Below are positions 13,504 through 26,768 of a DNA stretch of 64,000 bases, piece after piece (position 1 is the stretch's first letter; every line of letters begins with the position of its first letter). The stretch is from Octopus vulgaris (lineage: Eukaryota). Where the stretch lies: positions 184,512,001 through 184,576,000 of the forward strand of contig OX597814.1 of assembly GCA_951406725.2 (NCBI GenBank), in the 5' to 3' direction. The notes beneath the pieces are model-generated. The model saw only the letters and a list, made by a program, of their open reading frames with translations. It did no database searches and was not told the origin of the DNA. The translations under genes and the position numbers were made by a program.

Positions 13504-14544
13504 AAGTATATATATATATATATATATACACATACATATATATATATATATGTGTGTATGTGTAGGTGTGTATGTGTGTGTGTGTGTGCGTGTGTGTGTG
13601 TGTGTATGATAACAAAATTAAAGAATACACTGGAGAGAGATTTCCAGAATCCGCACTGCAGAAGCCGAGATGGCATAAACAAATCCCAAAGCTTTGTATA
13701 TCTTAATATCAAGATTTCACTTCCCTTCAAACGAATGTAAGACAAATAAGGCAAGTGAGATAGAGTGAAAGAGTATGTATCTTCGCGCGTGTGTGTATGT
13801 GTTTCGGGGAGGTGGGTGTCTCGGTATGTATTTGTGTTTGTCAGTACAGTTATAGATCCGCGTATATTTGTGTGTGAAGTGAGAGAAATGAGGATCGTGA
13901 AGTAGAACAGATCAGAATAGGAAAGAAACTGAATATAAAACCATCAATGAACATAACAAACGGTAAAGAAAAAGGGAAATGAAAAATGAATGTAAAAAAA
14001 CACGTGGTGATTAGTTCTGGTTTTGACTTGAGCAAAGTGCGTCATTTGGCCACAGTAAAAGCTTGTATATTGGTATATTGTAAACAATAGTTTAATTGGT
14101 AAAATGTATAAAATAGGTAAAGAGCTCAAAACACTGTGAAATCTCCATCAACTAGGTTGCCGTTTTTTTTGTTTTTTTGTTTTACAATACCAGATGTACA
14201 TTGCAGGAATGCACGGCGGCTTTAGTTTATACAACTCCTAGAAGTGGAATCATGTGTGAATGGGTTCCGTGGGTATGTGCTTCTCTATGTGATGAAGACA
14301 TACGTACATATATATATATATATATATATACATACAAATAGACACACGCGCGCATACACGCACACACATGCACAGACACACACATATATATGTACATATA
14401 TATATTTATACATAGATACATATAATGTGTGTGTGTGCGTGTGTGTCTGTGTGTATACACACACAAGCGCGCGCACACACACACACATATATATATATAC
14501 ATATATACAGGGTGATTGAAAATTAATTCCTATTTTGAAATACT

Positions 14545-14930
14545 TACTCTTTTACTCTTTTACTTGTTTCAGTCATTTGACTGCGGCCATGCTGGAGCAC
14601 CGCCTTTAGTCGAGCATAAGCCTAGTACTTATTCTATCGGTCTCTTTTGCCGAACCGCTAAGTGACGGGAACGTAAACACACCAGCATCGGTTGTCAAGC
14701 AATGCTAGGGGGACAAACACAGACATACAAACATATACACACACTTATATATATATATACATATATACGACAGGCTTCTTTCAGTTTCCGTCTACCAAAT
14801 CCACTCACAAGGCATTGGTCGGTCCGGGGCTATAGCAGAAGACACTTGCCCAAGATGCCACGCAGTGGGACTGAACCCAGAACCATGTGGTTGGTTAGCA
14901 AGCTACTTACCACACAGCCACTCCTGCGCC
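14545..14930 (-). mobile_element. SINE family A, full length
   Basis: ggcgcaggagtggctgtgtggtaag head, ggttcagtccc B-box-like motif, internal TA/CA tract, (taaaagag)n tail. Confidence 0.93.
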
Positions 14931-15135
14931 TTATAACTTATTTATTAATTATATTTTTTTATAATTATATTATATAATTATATTATATATATTTTATAAT
15001 TTATTAATTATATTTTTTTCTCAAACTTGTGTTTGTTTTTTGAAGTATGAAAATTTAATCTGTATTCGTATTGCTCTTATCGTTCGTGAATAGCTGAATG
15101 CCAACTTCCCCAAGAGACAAATGGGTCGTTGTGGT

Positions 15136-15341
15136 TCTGTTGTGTCTGAGGAGAGTCATTTTCTTTTTGTGTCTTATAATGTAACACACTCTCCGGTAAA
15201 ATTTCCACTTATTTCTTAATTTTATAGGAAGATAAAAATAAAAATATAAAAATAAAAATAAGAAATAAGTGGAAATTTTACCGGTGTGTGTGTTACATTA
15301 TAAGGCACAAAAAGAAAATGACTCTCTCCAGACACAACAGA
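15136..15341. repeat. Tail-to-tail inverted repeat, ~82 bp arms
   Basis: tctgttgtgtctgaggagagtcatt...ccacttatttctt (15136-15217) is the reverse complement of 15260-15341. Confidence 0.9.
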
Positions 15342-15384
15342 ATATGTTTCAACACAAAGAATCTTGTAAACCAAATCCAAATCG

Positions 15385-15415
<31 letters not shown>

Positions 15416-15420
<5 letters not shown>

Positions 15421-15707
15421 CTTACTACCCACGAGGGGCTAAACATAGAGGGGACAAACAAAGACAGACACATCATGGCGGCGAGCAGGCAGAAATGTTA
15501 GAGCGCCGGGCAAAATGCTTCGTGGTATTTCGTCTGCCGTTACGCTCTGAGTTCAAACTCCGCTGAGGTCGACTTTGCCTTTCATCCTTTCGGGGTCGAT
15601 AAATTAAGTACCAGTTACCCACTGGGGTCGATATAATCGACTTAATCCGTTTTTCTGTCCTCGTTAGTCCTCTCTGTGTTTAGCCCCTTGTGGATAGTAA
15701 AGAAATA
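15416..15707 (+). mobile_element. SINE family B (15477-15707) preceded by an inverted copy of its own 3' end (15416-15470)
   Basis: ggcggcgagcaggcagaa head, gagttcaaactcc B box, gcctttcatcctttcggggtcgataaa central domain; the upstream 55 bp is the reverse complement of the 3' end. Confidence 0.88.
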
Positions 15708-15717
15708 TATATATATA

Positions 15718-15772
<55 letters not shown>

Positions 15773-16737
15773 ACGAGGAAACAAACTATGCCAATGTTAA
15801 ATACGTGATGTTGCAATTGTATGAGCTAACAAGGTGACATCTAAGTTGGAACAAGATCTACATAAACTAATAAGATAAATTCCTCTTAAATTGCATGCAA
15901 CCTTTGAACGATTGTAGTTCTCAGGTATGCACAGGACTTTGTCACCTTATTTTACTTCGCCCCTAGAACTATCTTTCTGTCACTTCAATTTCAAACGAAG
16001 ATATGAAAAAATGTTTGCTTGAATATGAAGTCATGCGTATGCCAGTTGTTAAGATGGCTTCCGTATTGCGTTTTTAAAGTTCTCGTTTCTCATTTCTTTC
16101 CTTTTTTTTTTTTACATTTATTGTATAAGCGTAAGGTCAAAGGCATAAAATTGAGTTATGATTCTACCTTTCAGAGGCAATAGGTCGTTAGCAATATAAC
16201 AGTCGTGATAATAGCAGTAACCGGAAATGGAAACTGCCTCAAAGTCACAAATATATGAGAAGTCACCTCTTTACGCTACTTACCATCGATAGGTTTTTTT
16301 TAGCAACAAATAACAGTTCAGCTGATGTAATGATGGCTAACGTTCTGGAAAGAAAAACCATCGGATGAAAGGTCGTTTTGAACTGTAAAACGTGTCGCTC
16401 ATGCACTTCAGATATACATCATGGATTTAACGAAATATACACAATAGGTTTAGTTAACGTTTCAACACGAGCAAATGCTGTATAAAGAGGGAATATTTAC
16501 ATCCGAATATTCAGTATCATGATTGGAGACAGAGCGGTGATTTGAAACATGATTAGAAGAACATCTAACCGGGATATGATCTGCAATAAGATATCAAAAG
16601 GATTTATATAATTGTTGGGTAAATAGCGTCTAACTCTTTTAGAAATAAACGTTTTTAAGGATATATGCGAGCGCATGTGTGTCTCTAGCCTGTTCTTTCT
16701 TTCATTCTCTCTCCCCTCTCTTTCTCTGCATATATAT

Positions 16738-17142
16738 TATCTTTTACTTGTTTAAGTCATTGGACTGCAGCCATAATAGGGCACTGCCTTGAAGCGTGTC
16801 ATCAAACAAATCACAACCAGTACTTTATTTATTTATTTATTTATTTTTTAAGTATGTCACTTATTCTACTGTTCACATTGGCTGAACTGCTCGGCTACAG
16901 GGATTTAAACAATCTGATGCCGGTTGTCAAGTGATGGTGGAGAACAAGCATAAAGACTGTGTGTGTGTGCATTTCTGGTTGCGTGCGCGTACGTCGGAAT
17001 GGTTAAAGGAGCTCGTTTCGCACTCACTAGATACTGGGTTCGCCTCAACAGCGTGTCATCTTAAGTGATTTTTGCTTTATACACCATCGAGTCGACTCAT
17101 ACTTTGTGAGTTAAATTTGACAGAAATATGGAGGTTTGTCGC
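16738..17142. mobile_element. Two old SINE family A-like fragments (3' half on minus, head on plus)
   Basis: tcttttacttgtttaagtcattggactgcagccat...ggttgtcaag, then tggttaaaggagctcgtttcgc...tttgtgagttaaatttg. Confidence 0.6.
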
Positions 17143-17274
17143 ATGATTTAATTTTCCTGAATTGAAAAAGTTGAAGCTGTATCAATTTGATTCTCTCTGG
17201 GAGTTGTATTCATAATATACGTGTATGTGGAATGTCTTCCCCTTACACGCTAATTCAAAATATGCACGTATGTA

Positions 17275-17319
<45 letters not shown>

Positions 17320-17320
<1 letters not shown>

Positions 17321-17760
17321 GGGAGAATTCACAAAAAAAACAAAAGACGAAGACTGGTGGTGCAGACAACAAACAGATGCATTAGTTTAATGCTCGGGAA
17401 GTGGAAAAGTCTTTAACGTTTCGAGCCTACTCTATTCCACAGAAAAGAACGAAGAAAGAGATCAAGGAGAGAAAATAAAGAATGCGTAGTGGCTAGCGAT
17501 CTATCATGGCGAATGGCGGACAGAGTGATCACACAGGAAAAAAGGGGAGATAATAAAGTAGTGGTGATCCCAAAACGAAGGTGCGCGTACATGTGTGCGT
17601 GTGGAAGAGGGCTGGTGATCTTGACGTGGTGTGCGTGTGTGTGCATATGTAGGTGTGTGGATGATAGTGTGGATGATATATATATATATATATATATATA
17701 TACGGAGTTGTACGTGCATAGCAAGTGACCTGATCTGAGATTGTTTGCTGGAACGAAAAT
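17320..17760 (-). mobile_element. Non-autonomous Penelope-like remnant with degenerate HHR (17411-17447)
   Basis: Minus strand CTTTT-CTGTGGA-ata-GAG tagg CTC-GAAA-CG-TT-AAAG; flanked by (TA)n. Confidence 0.5.
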
Positions 17761-18904
17761 TATATATATATATATATATATACATATACACTATGTACAT
17801 ATGTACGACGTATGCATGAATGTATGTATGTATGTATGTATGTATGTATGTATGTATGTATGTATGTATGTATGTATGTATGTATGTATGTATGCATGTG
17901 TGTAGTGGTGGATTTTGTAAATCATCCCTATGTTCCGTAACAAAATATTCATTTGCGTAATATAGTGTTTTTTGTAGAATTTTTATATCTTTTTTCCATT
18001 TTTTGTTTTTGAAACATAATTCAATGATGAAAAAAAAAACAAACAAAAAATATGAAAATGGATATGAGTTAATAACTGAAAGGCTACGGCCAGTTGCAGC
18101 AAAAGCGAACATGGCGGGCAAAATATAACGATTGAAGTTCTGTGTTGTTGTTTAGATTCATTATTTTGCTCTTTTAAAACATGTAATTTACTAGAGAAAA
18201 AATATGGGAGTAAAAAAATGCAATAAGTTGAATAGTTACGAGTGAATGTGCATTTCGAATGGAGAATATATATATAGGAAAGAGCGAAGCAACAAATTGC
18301 AAAAATATGGAATTTTGAAGAATATCTTGACACTATAGCAATTTCTGTTGCTTAAAAATATAGGGTTTTACTTATTCAGAATCTCAGTAATTTAGATGTA
18401 TGCATGTGTATGTTTGTACGTGTATGTGTATGTGTGTATGTGAGTCTGTATAGTGTGCGTATATGTGCATGTGTGTAAGTGCATGTGTTTGTGTGTGGGC
18501 GCACAAACTAATATGAAATTGAAATGCTTCCAGCATTCTCTTTCATCTTCGCTATTCACATCATCTAGAAACCCCAAAACATTCAAAATAAATTTAAAAA
18601 TAGCTCTCCAGTAGAAAGCTATACCTGCTGTATCATCTTATTTCAGCGAAGGACTCTATGCTTTTATGAGATGCATCACATGATAATTTGAAAGTAATGA
18701 TAGTGTCACATCAAAGGTTAAATTCTACAAAAACCAATGCTGATTCTTTTTTCCTCAAGACTTTGACATATTTGTTTTCTTGTATATTTTCTTAGAATTT
18801 TAATTAGGCTCGTGGACGAACAAGCTTCTCTTTTTACTTTATAGTGTTTATTTATGTTTCCGGTAACGAGGATTTAGGATTTCGCGCACCAAAGCGAATT
18901 TTGG

Positions 18905-19040
18905 TGAATTGGCGAATCGGTACCGCGCCGGATGAAACATTTTGCAGCATTTCGTCCGTTTTTACGTTCTAAGTTCCAACTCCGCAGAAGTCAGCTTTGC
19001 CTTTCATCCTTTTGGAGTCGATAAAATAAGTACCTTGCTT
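18905..19040 (+). mobile_element. Diverged SINE family B
   Basis: catttcgtcc...gttctaagttccaactccgc...ctttgcctttcatccttttggagtcgataaaataagtacc. Confidence 0.75.
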
Positions 19041-19123
19041 ACTAAATTCTCTTCACGGACAATCCGGCTAGGTTGATGGCTCGTGTTGGTCAATGGCATT
19101 CCACATGGTCACGGGGGTATACC

Positions 19124-19481
19124 TATTTCTTTATTACCCACAAGGGGCTAGGGACAAACAAGGACAGACAAACGGATTAAGTCGATTTAATCGACCCCAG
19201 TGCGTAAGTGGTACTTATTTAATTGAGCCCGAAAGGATGAAAGGCAAAGTCGACCTCGGCGGAATTTGAACTCAGAACGTAGCGGCAGACGAAATACTTA
19301 TTTCTTTACTACTCACACGGGACTAAACACAGAGAGGACTAACAAGGACAGACAAACGGATTAAGTCGATTTAATCGACCCCAGTGCGTAAGTGGTACTT
19401 ATTTAATCGACCCCGAAAGGATGAAAGGCAAAGTCGACCTCGGCGGAATTTGAAACGAGAACGTAGCGGCAGACGAAATAC
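19124..19481 (-). mobile_element. Head-to-tail dimer of 5'-clipped SINE family B with 12 bp TSD
   Basis: Monomers 19124-19297 and 19298-19481; flanks cgggggtatacc (19112-19123) and cggaggtatacc (19482-19493). Confidence 0.88.
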
Positions 19482-19707
19482 CGGAGGTATACCGCGGAGA
19501 TGGGGACTGACTAAGACTCTCTTCGACGAGGCACCCAAGAGGACTCGAAGATGTACCGACAAATGGTGAGCGTAGCAACGCGATGCAAGGATGCATGCCT
19601 CTAGAGCTGAACTTACCTGATTTACTGATGGCAATCGGATAAGTATTCTCTGAAACATATTTAATAAAATGCGAATCATTCTCTAGGGTGCACATTTGTA
19701 GCATTAA

Positions 19708-19918
19708 CCCTTTTAGCATTTAAACCAGCCATATCCGACTCAACAATTTTATCTGTTTTATGTTCAAACTGACCAGATCTGATCTCTTACACCTACCCAA
19801 CAATGTCATTCTAAGCATAAACATTGAATCTCAAAGCTATGAGATAGTGCATCATTAATTAAAAACAATGTGAATAAATAAGCACTAAATTTGATAGAAT
19901 TATCTGAATCCTAATAGA
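19708..19918. mobile_element. piggyBac-type MITE
   Basis: TTAA + CCCTTTTAGCATT left end; degenerate aatcctaataga + TTAA right end. Confidence 0.6.
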
Positions 19919-21059
19919 TTAAGAAAATGCGTATCCTCTCGGATACGCTGTATAATATTTGAATATATATTAACTCTCGTGATTCACTTTGTTTTGTGTA
20001 TCATATTTAATTAGTGACGGAATGTGAAAAGTATAAATATGCGATTTAAGTTATAAACAAGGGTAATAAATTAATTTATCACAGATTTTAAAAATAGCTG
20101 AATACTTTGAGTACTTGTAAAAGAAGTCGTGTACGTTACCCTGAGGAGCAGCCAACAAATTAGGAAACTGTCGATAAGGAGTTTTATCATTTTTTTCGCA
20201 TATAGAAAGAATAGAAGAAACATTCTGGTAATTCTATCTTATAGCTAGTATTTCTAATGTGCGACTGGCATGCTAAACTATTTGAGACACGTGTAAGCTA
20301 AATAAATCGTTGACAATGCAACTTCCTTTTTATGCTACACACACACACACACACAAAATTTGACTGCGGTGGGATTTAAATCTGCAGAATTAAGGAAATC
20401 GAATTAAATTACGAAGATATTCTATCACTATCTCTAACGACTTTACCAGTTCCCGATCTTTTTTATTTCTAAGTTATGTACATGGTTAAAAGTTTTGAGG
20501 TATGGTTTTTAAGGTGTTTAATCATATACTATGGCATTTACTAAATTTCAATGTTCAGAAAAGGAAAAACAATATTGACCTCGGCAAGATTTAAACTCTG
20601 AAAATGAAAAGCTTTAACAAATATTACAAGGCATTGCTTCGGAATCTCTAGCGATTCCACCAATAATTATAGAAGTAAGCATTTTTCAAATGCAGCTGGA
20701 CACATGTATTCACTGCGTTTTTAAGTTACTGGGTTTATTGCCAAACCAATGACGCACAGCAGGTAGTTTGCGCAAAGATGTGGTCAGTTTACTTTACACG
20801 TGTGGCATGAAGCCATTACGCAGAGCAGAAACGCTGTTGTCCTTGTTGCCCGTCTACATATGTATCTACAATATATTGCGTAATCTATAATTGAACTGAA
20901 CACCATGAAACAGCACTGTAACCAATGGAGCCTTTTAGAATCCATCTTCTCCATCGTGCCGCCCATCCCCGACTCTAATATACGTAAGAATCTGTAATCA
21001 TATGGCATTCCGTATAACTGTATTGAGCACCATAAAAAAGCACTGCAACCGGAACAGAT

Positions 21060-22564
21060 CTTTTCTTTCCGCCTTTCTTCTGTCCTCTTTTCTTACTTTT
21101 ATTCTCTCTCATCATGCACTTACAAACACAGTCTCTCTTTTTTCTCTTTTGTCACACTCACCGACATAATTCCCTTCGCTCTGTACCCTTCATTCACAAA
21201 TGCTTTCTCTCTTTCCCACATTTATCATCACATTTCACCCACCTCTCTCTCTCTCTCTCTCTCTTACTCTCTTACTCTCTTTCTCTCTCTCTTCCCTACT
21301 TTCACTTTCACAAAAACCGTCTCTCTTTATTTTTCTATTTTTACTTTTCCTTAATTCCTGAACTTCCTTTCACCCTTTTCTCGATCTCACTCCTTCCGCC
21401 TCACTCACTCACTCACTCACCCACTCACTCTCTCTCTCTCTCTCTCTTCTTTCACACAGCCTTTTTCTTTCTGTTTTTTTTTTCCAAACTTTATTCCTAT
21501 AATTGTGTATTTATTTATTTCCCTATTTTCCTTTTATTTGGCGCTTCTTGATTTCCATTTCCTTCCCTTTATGGCCGTCCATCAATCAAATCGTCTATTG
21601 TTCGCTTATCAGACCACTTCTTTTCCCTTCCTATTCTTTTCCATGGCCGCTGTCGTCCACCATCACCGCCATTATACAGAATGGACACTGTAGAGTTTTC
21701 GGGATTGGAGCCATCAAACGAACAAGTGAATTTTTACTTTTTATTTTATATCTTATATATATATATTATTTTTTTTTTGGCATCGCTACTTCCTCTTTTC
21801 TCTAACTTCCGCCACTCCCTCTAACCGTCCTCTCTACTCATCTATTTCCATATTATATCTCCAACTTCATTACTCCATCCAGCACTTGCTCTCCCAGTCT
21901 CTCCTTGACTTTCTTCTCTTTCTACTGCTTTCTTACACTCTTAAACTATCTAACCAAACTCCTTATCTATTTTCTCTCTCTTTGATCTATTTTCCTCAAT
22001 ATCCTCAATTATTCCCCCTTACACAATTATCTCCCCTTTCCATGCTACTCTTTCTCTTTTCCTCTCACTTTTCCCTCTGCATCTTCGTTCTCTCTCTTTA
22101 TCTTCCTCCTTCCCTCTCTGTTTCCTTTGCTTCTTACCCTCTACTTCTCTATGTTTTCTAATCTACATTCCTACAAAGCCACTCTCTATTTATTTCTTCC
22201 ACACTACCGGCTCTATTTTCGCAGAAACTACTTCTTCCTAGCAACTATATAACTTACTCCACCTTCTCTGTTACCTCATCTTCCTCTTTGGTTCGCATTA
22301 TATTTTTTATACCTCTACTTTATTTCCTTTTACTTCCAAGTTGCTCCCTATTCTCATCTCGCTTTCCGGAACATTTTTATCAGTCTTTTCTTTTCCTCCC
22401 CCTCCCTCCCTTTTCATAATATATTCCCTCGCTCTCCCTCTCTCTCTACTCCTCCTTCATTAACCCAATCTCTCTTTTGACTTTTTGCTTCTCACCCTTA
22501 TGTTTTACTTTCTATTTTTTATATTTCATTATCTTGACTCTCTCTCTCTCTCTCTCTTTCTCTA

Positions 22565-22600
<36 letters not shown>
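21060..22600 (+). other. ~1.5 kb pyrimidine-rich, G-poor tract
   Basis: Dominated by C/T with (CT)n runs and very few G on the plus strand. Confidence 0.85.
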
Positions 22601-22628
<28 letters not shown>

Positions 22629-22682
22629 CATCTCCATATATGCTTACGTGTATGTGTATATATGTATGTATATATATGTATA

Positions 22683-22770
<88 letters not shown>

Positions 22771-23319
22771 CACACTCATACATAATACATATACACAACT
22801 TATCTCTTCTCACTCTCTTTCCCCTCTTTCTGCACATACTCTATCTGTCCCTACTTCAGTAAAATATCCTTACTATCAGCATGAATGCAGCAGAAATAAT
22901 TCTTTTTCCTTGCTCGTATTTCTTTATCCTTCTTTACAGTTAACATTCCGTTTGACTGTGTGGTGGTCGTATTTTAGACATTTTATAACACCGACCAAAT
23001 GTCAGCCACATTAATAGCATAACGAAGCCAGTTGATTTAAATGGAACGAAACACATTTAATGGAGATTTTAAACGTGAATGGAATGTGAGTTCGATTAAT
23101 TACAACTTGTATACGTATTCTAAGCAAACAAACGGGTGCAGAATGCATGGTATTATTTCTGCTATCCATCCAGATTGTTTCTGGTCCTGCTTATCTTTTT
23201 GTGCTTTTAAATCTCGACCGTTCAGAATACGATTCATGTCTTCCAAGGTCGATAGTTTAAATATCAGTAATATATCATAAGGATGAATTTGTCTATGCCA
23301 ACGATAATAAAAATAAGAA

Positions 23320-23500
23320 TGATTTCACATTTTGGTAGAAGTTCAACAAGTTTAGACGGTGAAGGTTAGTCAATTACATCGAATCCAGCATTTTACTGGC
23401 ATTTTATTTTGTTGACTTCGAAAGGATAAAAGGCAATTTTGAGCTTGGCAGTAGAGAGTAAAGAGTACAAAGAAATGCCGATAAGCATTTTGTCCGGTGT
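23320..23500 (-). mobile_element. Diverged SINE family B
   Basis: gtcaattacatcgaatccagc...ctggcattttatttt.ttgacttcgaaaggataaaaggca. Confidence 0.6.
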
Positions 23501-23894
23501 GTTCTGGTTTAAAATTTAGGCACAAGACTTACAATATAGGATATTGGTCCTCTGACGTCCCTTGTATTTCTTGGTTTCTTTTAGAGGGTGTTCGTAACAT
23601 CCTAGATGAGGAAAGTTTACTAAAAACTTGTTCTATATCCTTCCATTTCTAACGGAAAGCAACATTGTGATTAGACCTTCTTAAGGCTCTTATATTGTTG
23701 CAATTCCACCAGTTTTGTTCGCAATGCTCAAAATATCCTTATTTTCTGGCTTCTGCCAGGACGTAATATTTTGGTTTTCAGCAATTTGGAAAACATACCC
23801 AATCAAAACCATCTTAGTTCTAAGGAACCAAATTTGTTTAGTCATCAAATGTAATACAAATTTAAAGCATTTATTAAAGTGTCGTCTCATGCAC

Positions 23895-23952
23895 AGCGAC
23901 TCCCAAGGCCGTGTGAGCAGATTTGGTGGACGAAACAGGAAGAAACTCGTCG

Positions 23953-23984
<32 letters not shown>

Positions 23985-24285
23985 TGTATATATCTGTATA
24001 TGACTGTGTGTGTACCCCACCATCGCTTGACAACCAATGCGGGTGTGTTTATATCCCTGTTACTTAGTGGTTCAGCAAAAGAGTACGATAGGCTAAAATA
24101 TATATTTGAGACGCGTGTAAGTTAAATAAATCGTTGACAATGCAACTTCCTTTTTTATGCTACACACACACCCACACACACTCACAAAATTTGACTTCGG
24201 TGGGATTTAAATCTGTAGAATTAAGGAAATCGAATAAAGACATGGCTGCAGTTAAATCACTGAAAGAAATCAAAGAATAAAAGAA
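23895..24285 (+). mobile_element. SINE family A fragment interrupted by a copy of 20279-20404
   Basis: SINE body to ~24095, foreign ~130 bp, then catggctgcagttaaatcactgaaa tail. Confidence 0.8.
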
Positions 24286-25399
24286 AAGAAATAAAATTAA
24301 CGTAAACGAATATTATTTTAAGTATTCCATTCGTTCATTTAAGACTTGTTTTTTTGGCAGTGAATTCAACAAAAACCAATAAAATACAATTACTTTTTAC
24401 ATGGACATAGAAATTTATTTACACGTTAGTCGACTGTTGACTTCTACAAGAAAGCTAACTCTTGTTTCTACAAGACAGCTAACTCTTGTAAGAGAAGTCT
24501 ATTATATATTGCCAGCATATGATTGGAAAATATTATGCACAACCATTACAGAGTAATCGAGAATCTAAACGAGTGTTATAAATGATTTATTTCATAGTTC
24601 TACTCTTCCATCTAAATTTACTTAAGATTGACATCTGGAGTCGGTTGAATCTGACAGTTACACGATGGAAATTCGTGTATTTTCGGAGTTGTGCTTAATC
24701 ATTTAGCAAGAAATATGATATGAGATACTGTGTGGAAATTGAAATAATTACTTCATTGAAGAGACATCTTAGCCTTTTAACATCACACACCTAATTACAT
24801 TCTCTTTTTTTTTTAAAGTTTCTTCATAACATCGTATACTAAAGATTATTAAAAGGTTTTGTTGTATCTCTGCGATTTGGTTACATGCACATATCTCTAA
24901 TTTCACTCACACGTTAGTTCATTCTGGATCGGTGACCAAACGGAAACAAGAGAATGAAGCAAGCACGCAAGTTCTTAATTATGAATTGTGGACTAAGATT
25001 CATCAAAAATTCACTAAATCAGGTGGAAAGTATCGTTGAAAGTCAAGTATTTTCTATGACTGGATAAAATGTTGTCAGTCACATGGTTGTACATATTTGT
25101 GGCTCTTATATTCTGGTTTAATTAGAACCATATAATTGTTGAATGGTATTATGTGGCATTCTTGCATTTCAAAGATTAAAGAAATGGATTTACTCGGTAA
25201 TGGTATATATTTTTGTATTAATTCGACTACTTTACCAAAGCATATCAGTAATCCACTGAAAAACGAATAAGGATATCAAGAACAGCAACAGACAGTACTA
25301 AACAAGTAGTACAGTTCTATATTTAAGAGATAAGAAATTATTTACATTATTTACATAATTTACATTTAGTGGATATTTGTCCTCATCTTGTTTGTTGTT

Positions 25400-25447
25400 A
25401 AGACAACGTTTCGGATGATATACCCTCCAGCCTTCATCAGGTGTCTT
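25400..25447 (-). ncRNA. Type I hammerhead motif (PLE type)
   Basis: Minus strand GACAC-CTGATGA-A-GGCTG gagggtatat CATCC-GAAA-CG-TT-GTCTT; one mismatch each in stems I and II. Confidence 0.68.
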
Positions 25448-25538
25448 GGGGAAATTTCGAACCTGGGTTCTCATTCCTAAGGTATTTTTCGATGTTATTA
25501 TCATTATAATAATAATAGTAATAATAATAATAATAATA

Positions 25539-25570
<32 letters not shown>

Positions 25571-25583
25571 CACTATTATTATT

Positions 25584-25658
25584 CAGGTCACTGTCTGGAA
25601 TCGAACTCGGAATCTTGGGGTTAGTAGCCCACGCTCTTAACCACTACGGCATATGCCC
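25584..25658 (-). promoter_or_regulatory. tRNA-derived head with Pol III A/B boxes (not a functional tRNA)
   Basis: gggcatatgccgTAGTGGTTAAGagcgtgggctactaaccccaagattccgaGTTCGATTCCagacagtgacctg; the acceptor stem is imperfect. Confidence 0.8.
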
Positions 25659-25677
25659 GATTCCAGGCAGTGACCTA

Positions 25678-25751
<74 letters not shown>

Positions 25752-26008
25752 GGAGAGAACACCGGGGACGTTTAAGATGTAAGAGAGAACACCGGGGACG
25801 TTTAAGATGTAAGAAGGAAAATTCAGAGCTCCGAAATCTATCCACAAACATCGAAAACAAGGACATCCTATGGAGCCAAAGTTTTACTAACAAAGAATTG
25901 GACTGTATCCGAGTAAGTAATACTAATTGAAATTTATTACTATTTTCGAAACGAAATGATGTATTTTGACTCGATATCATCTCCGCCTCTAACGCAACAC
26001 ATGTAAAC

Positions 26009-26704
26009 ATGCGTGGAACATCACGATCATCTCCGACCCCAAACACCATGTACAAAGGAACTACGAAGAAATTAAATGCCACCGATACTATTCAACCCAA
26101 GAATAACAATCGAGCGGTACGTACATTAAACTTACAACAAAAAATGTACGAAAAACTACACGTGCGAAATAATGTGACAACAGAAATAAACGGACCGGTA
26201 CCCTACGAAAATGACGACCGTCAAAATAATAGGCCGGACGTTGTACCTCATGTTCCGCAAATAAAACCCAAAAGACGTAAATGGACACGTGAGGAATACA
26301 TTTCTATCTTACACGCATACTTCACAGCAGTACTCTACCCAAAAAATGAAAATACAACAACGCATACATATAAAATATGGAAGGAAAATAATAGAGATAT
26401 AGACTTGGATACAGCAATGAACCCTAATAAATTAGCTAACGTACGAAGATACATTCTCAACACAAAAAAAATATCAGAAATAGAAATAGAACACCTAAAA
26501 GAAAACATACACCAGGAAAATGTAGATAGAAGCCACACAACAATGCCCAATAATATAAACACTGAAAATGTAAAACACGAAGACAAACGCAACATTCCCA
26601 ACAAACACGATGTAAACAACGAAGGGGAGCCTAATGATTATGATAATATAAAAAATAAAATAATCAAAGAACTGAAAACCACAGAGCTCAAAATGGACCA
26701 CTGA
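26009..26704 (+). pseudogene. R4/Dong ORF N-terminal region (Myb-like motif), premature stop
   Basis: KRRKWTREEYISILHAYF...NKLANVRRYI; the frame continues past TGA (PYLLRIKINK) to the deletion junction. Confidence 0.7.
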
Positions 26705-26768
26705 CCATACCTCCTAAGAATCAAAATAAACAAAATAACAACACCTATTATAAACAGCATAAACCTAT

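Noticed and set aside
14505-14544. TA+CAGGGTGATT Tc1/mariner-like terminus (similar TA+CACCGTGTCC near 55677)
   Set aside because: No matching second terminus found.
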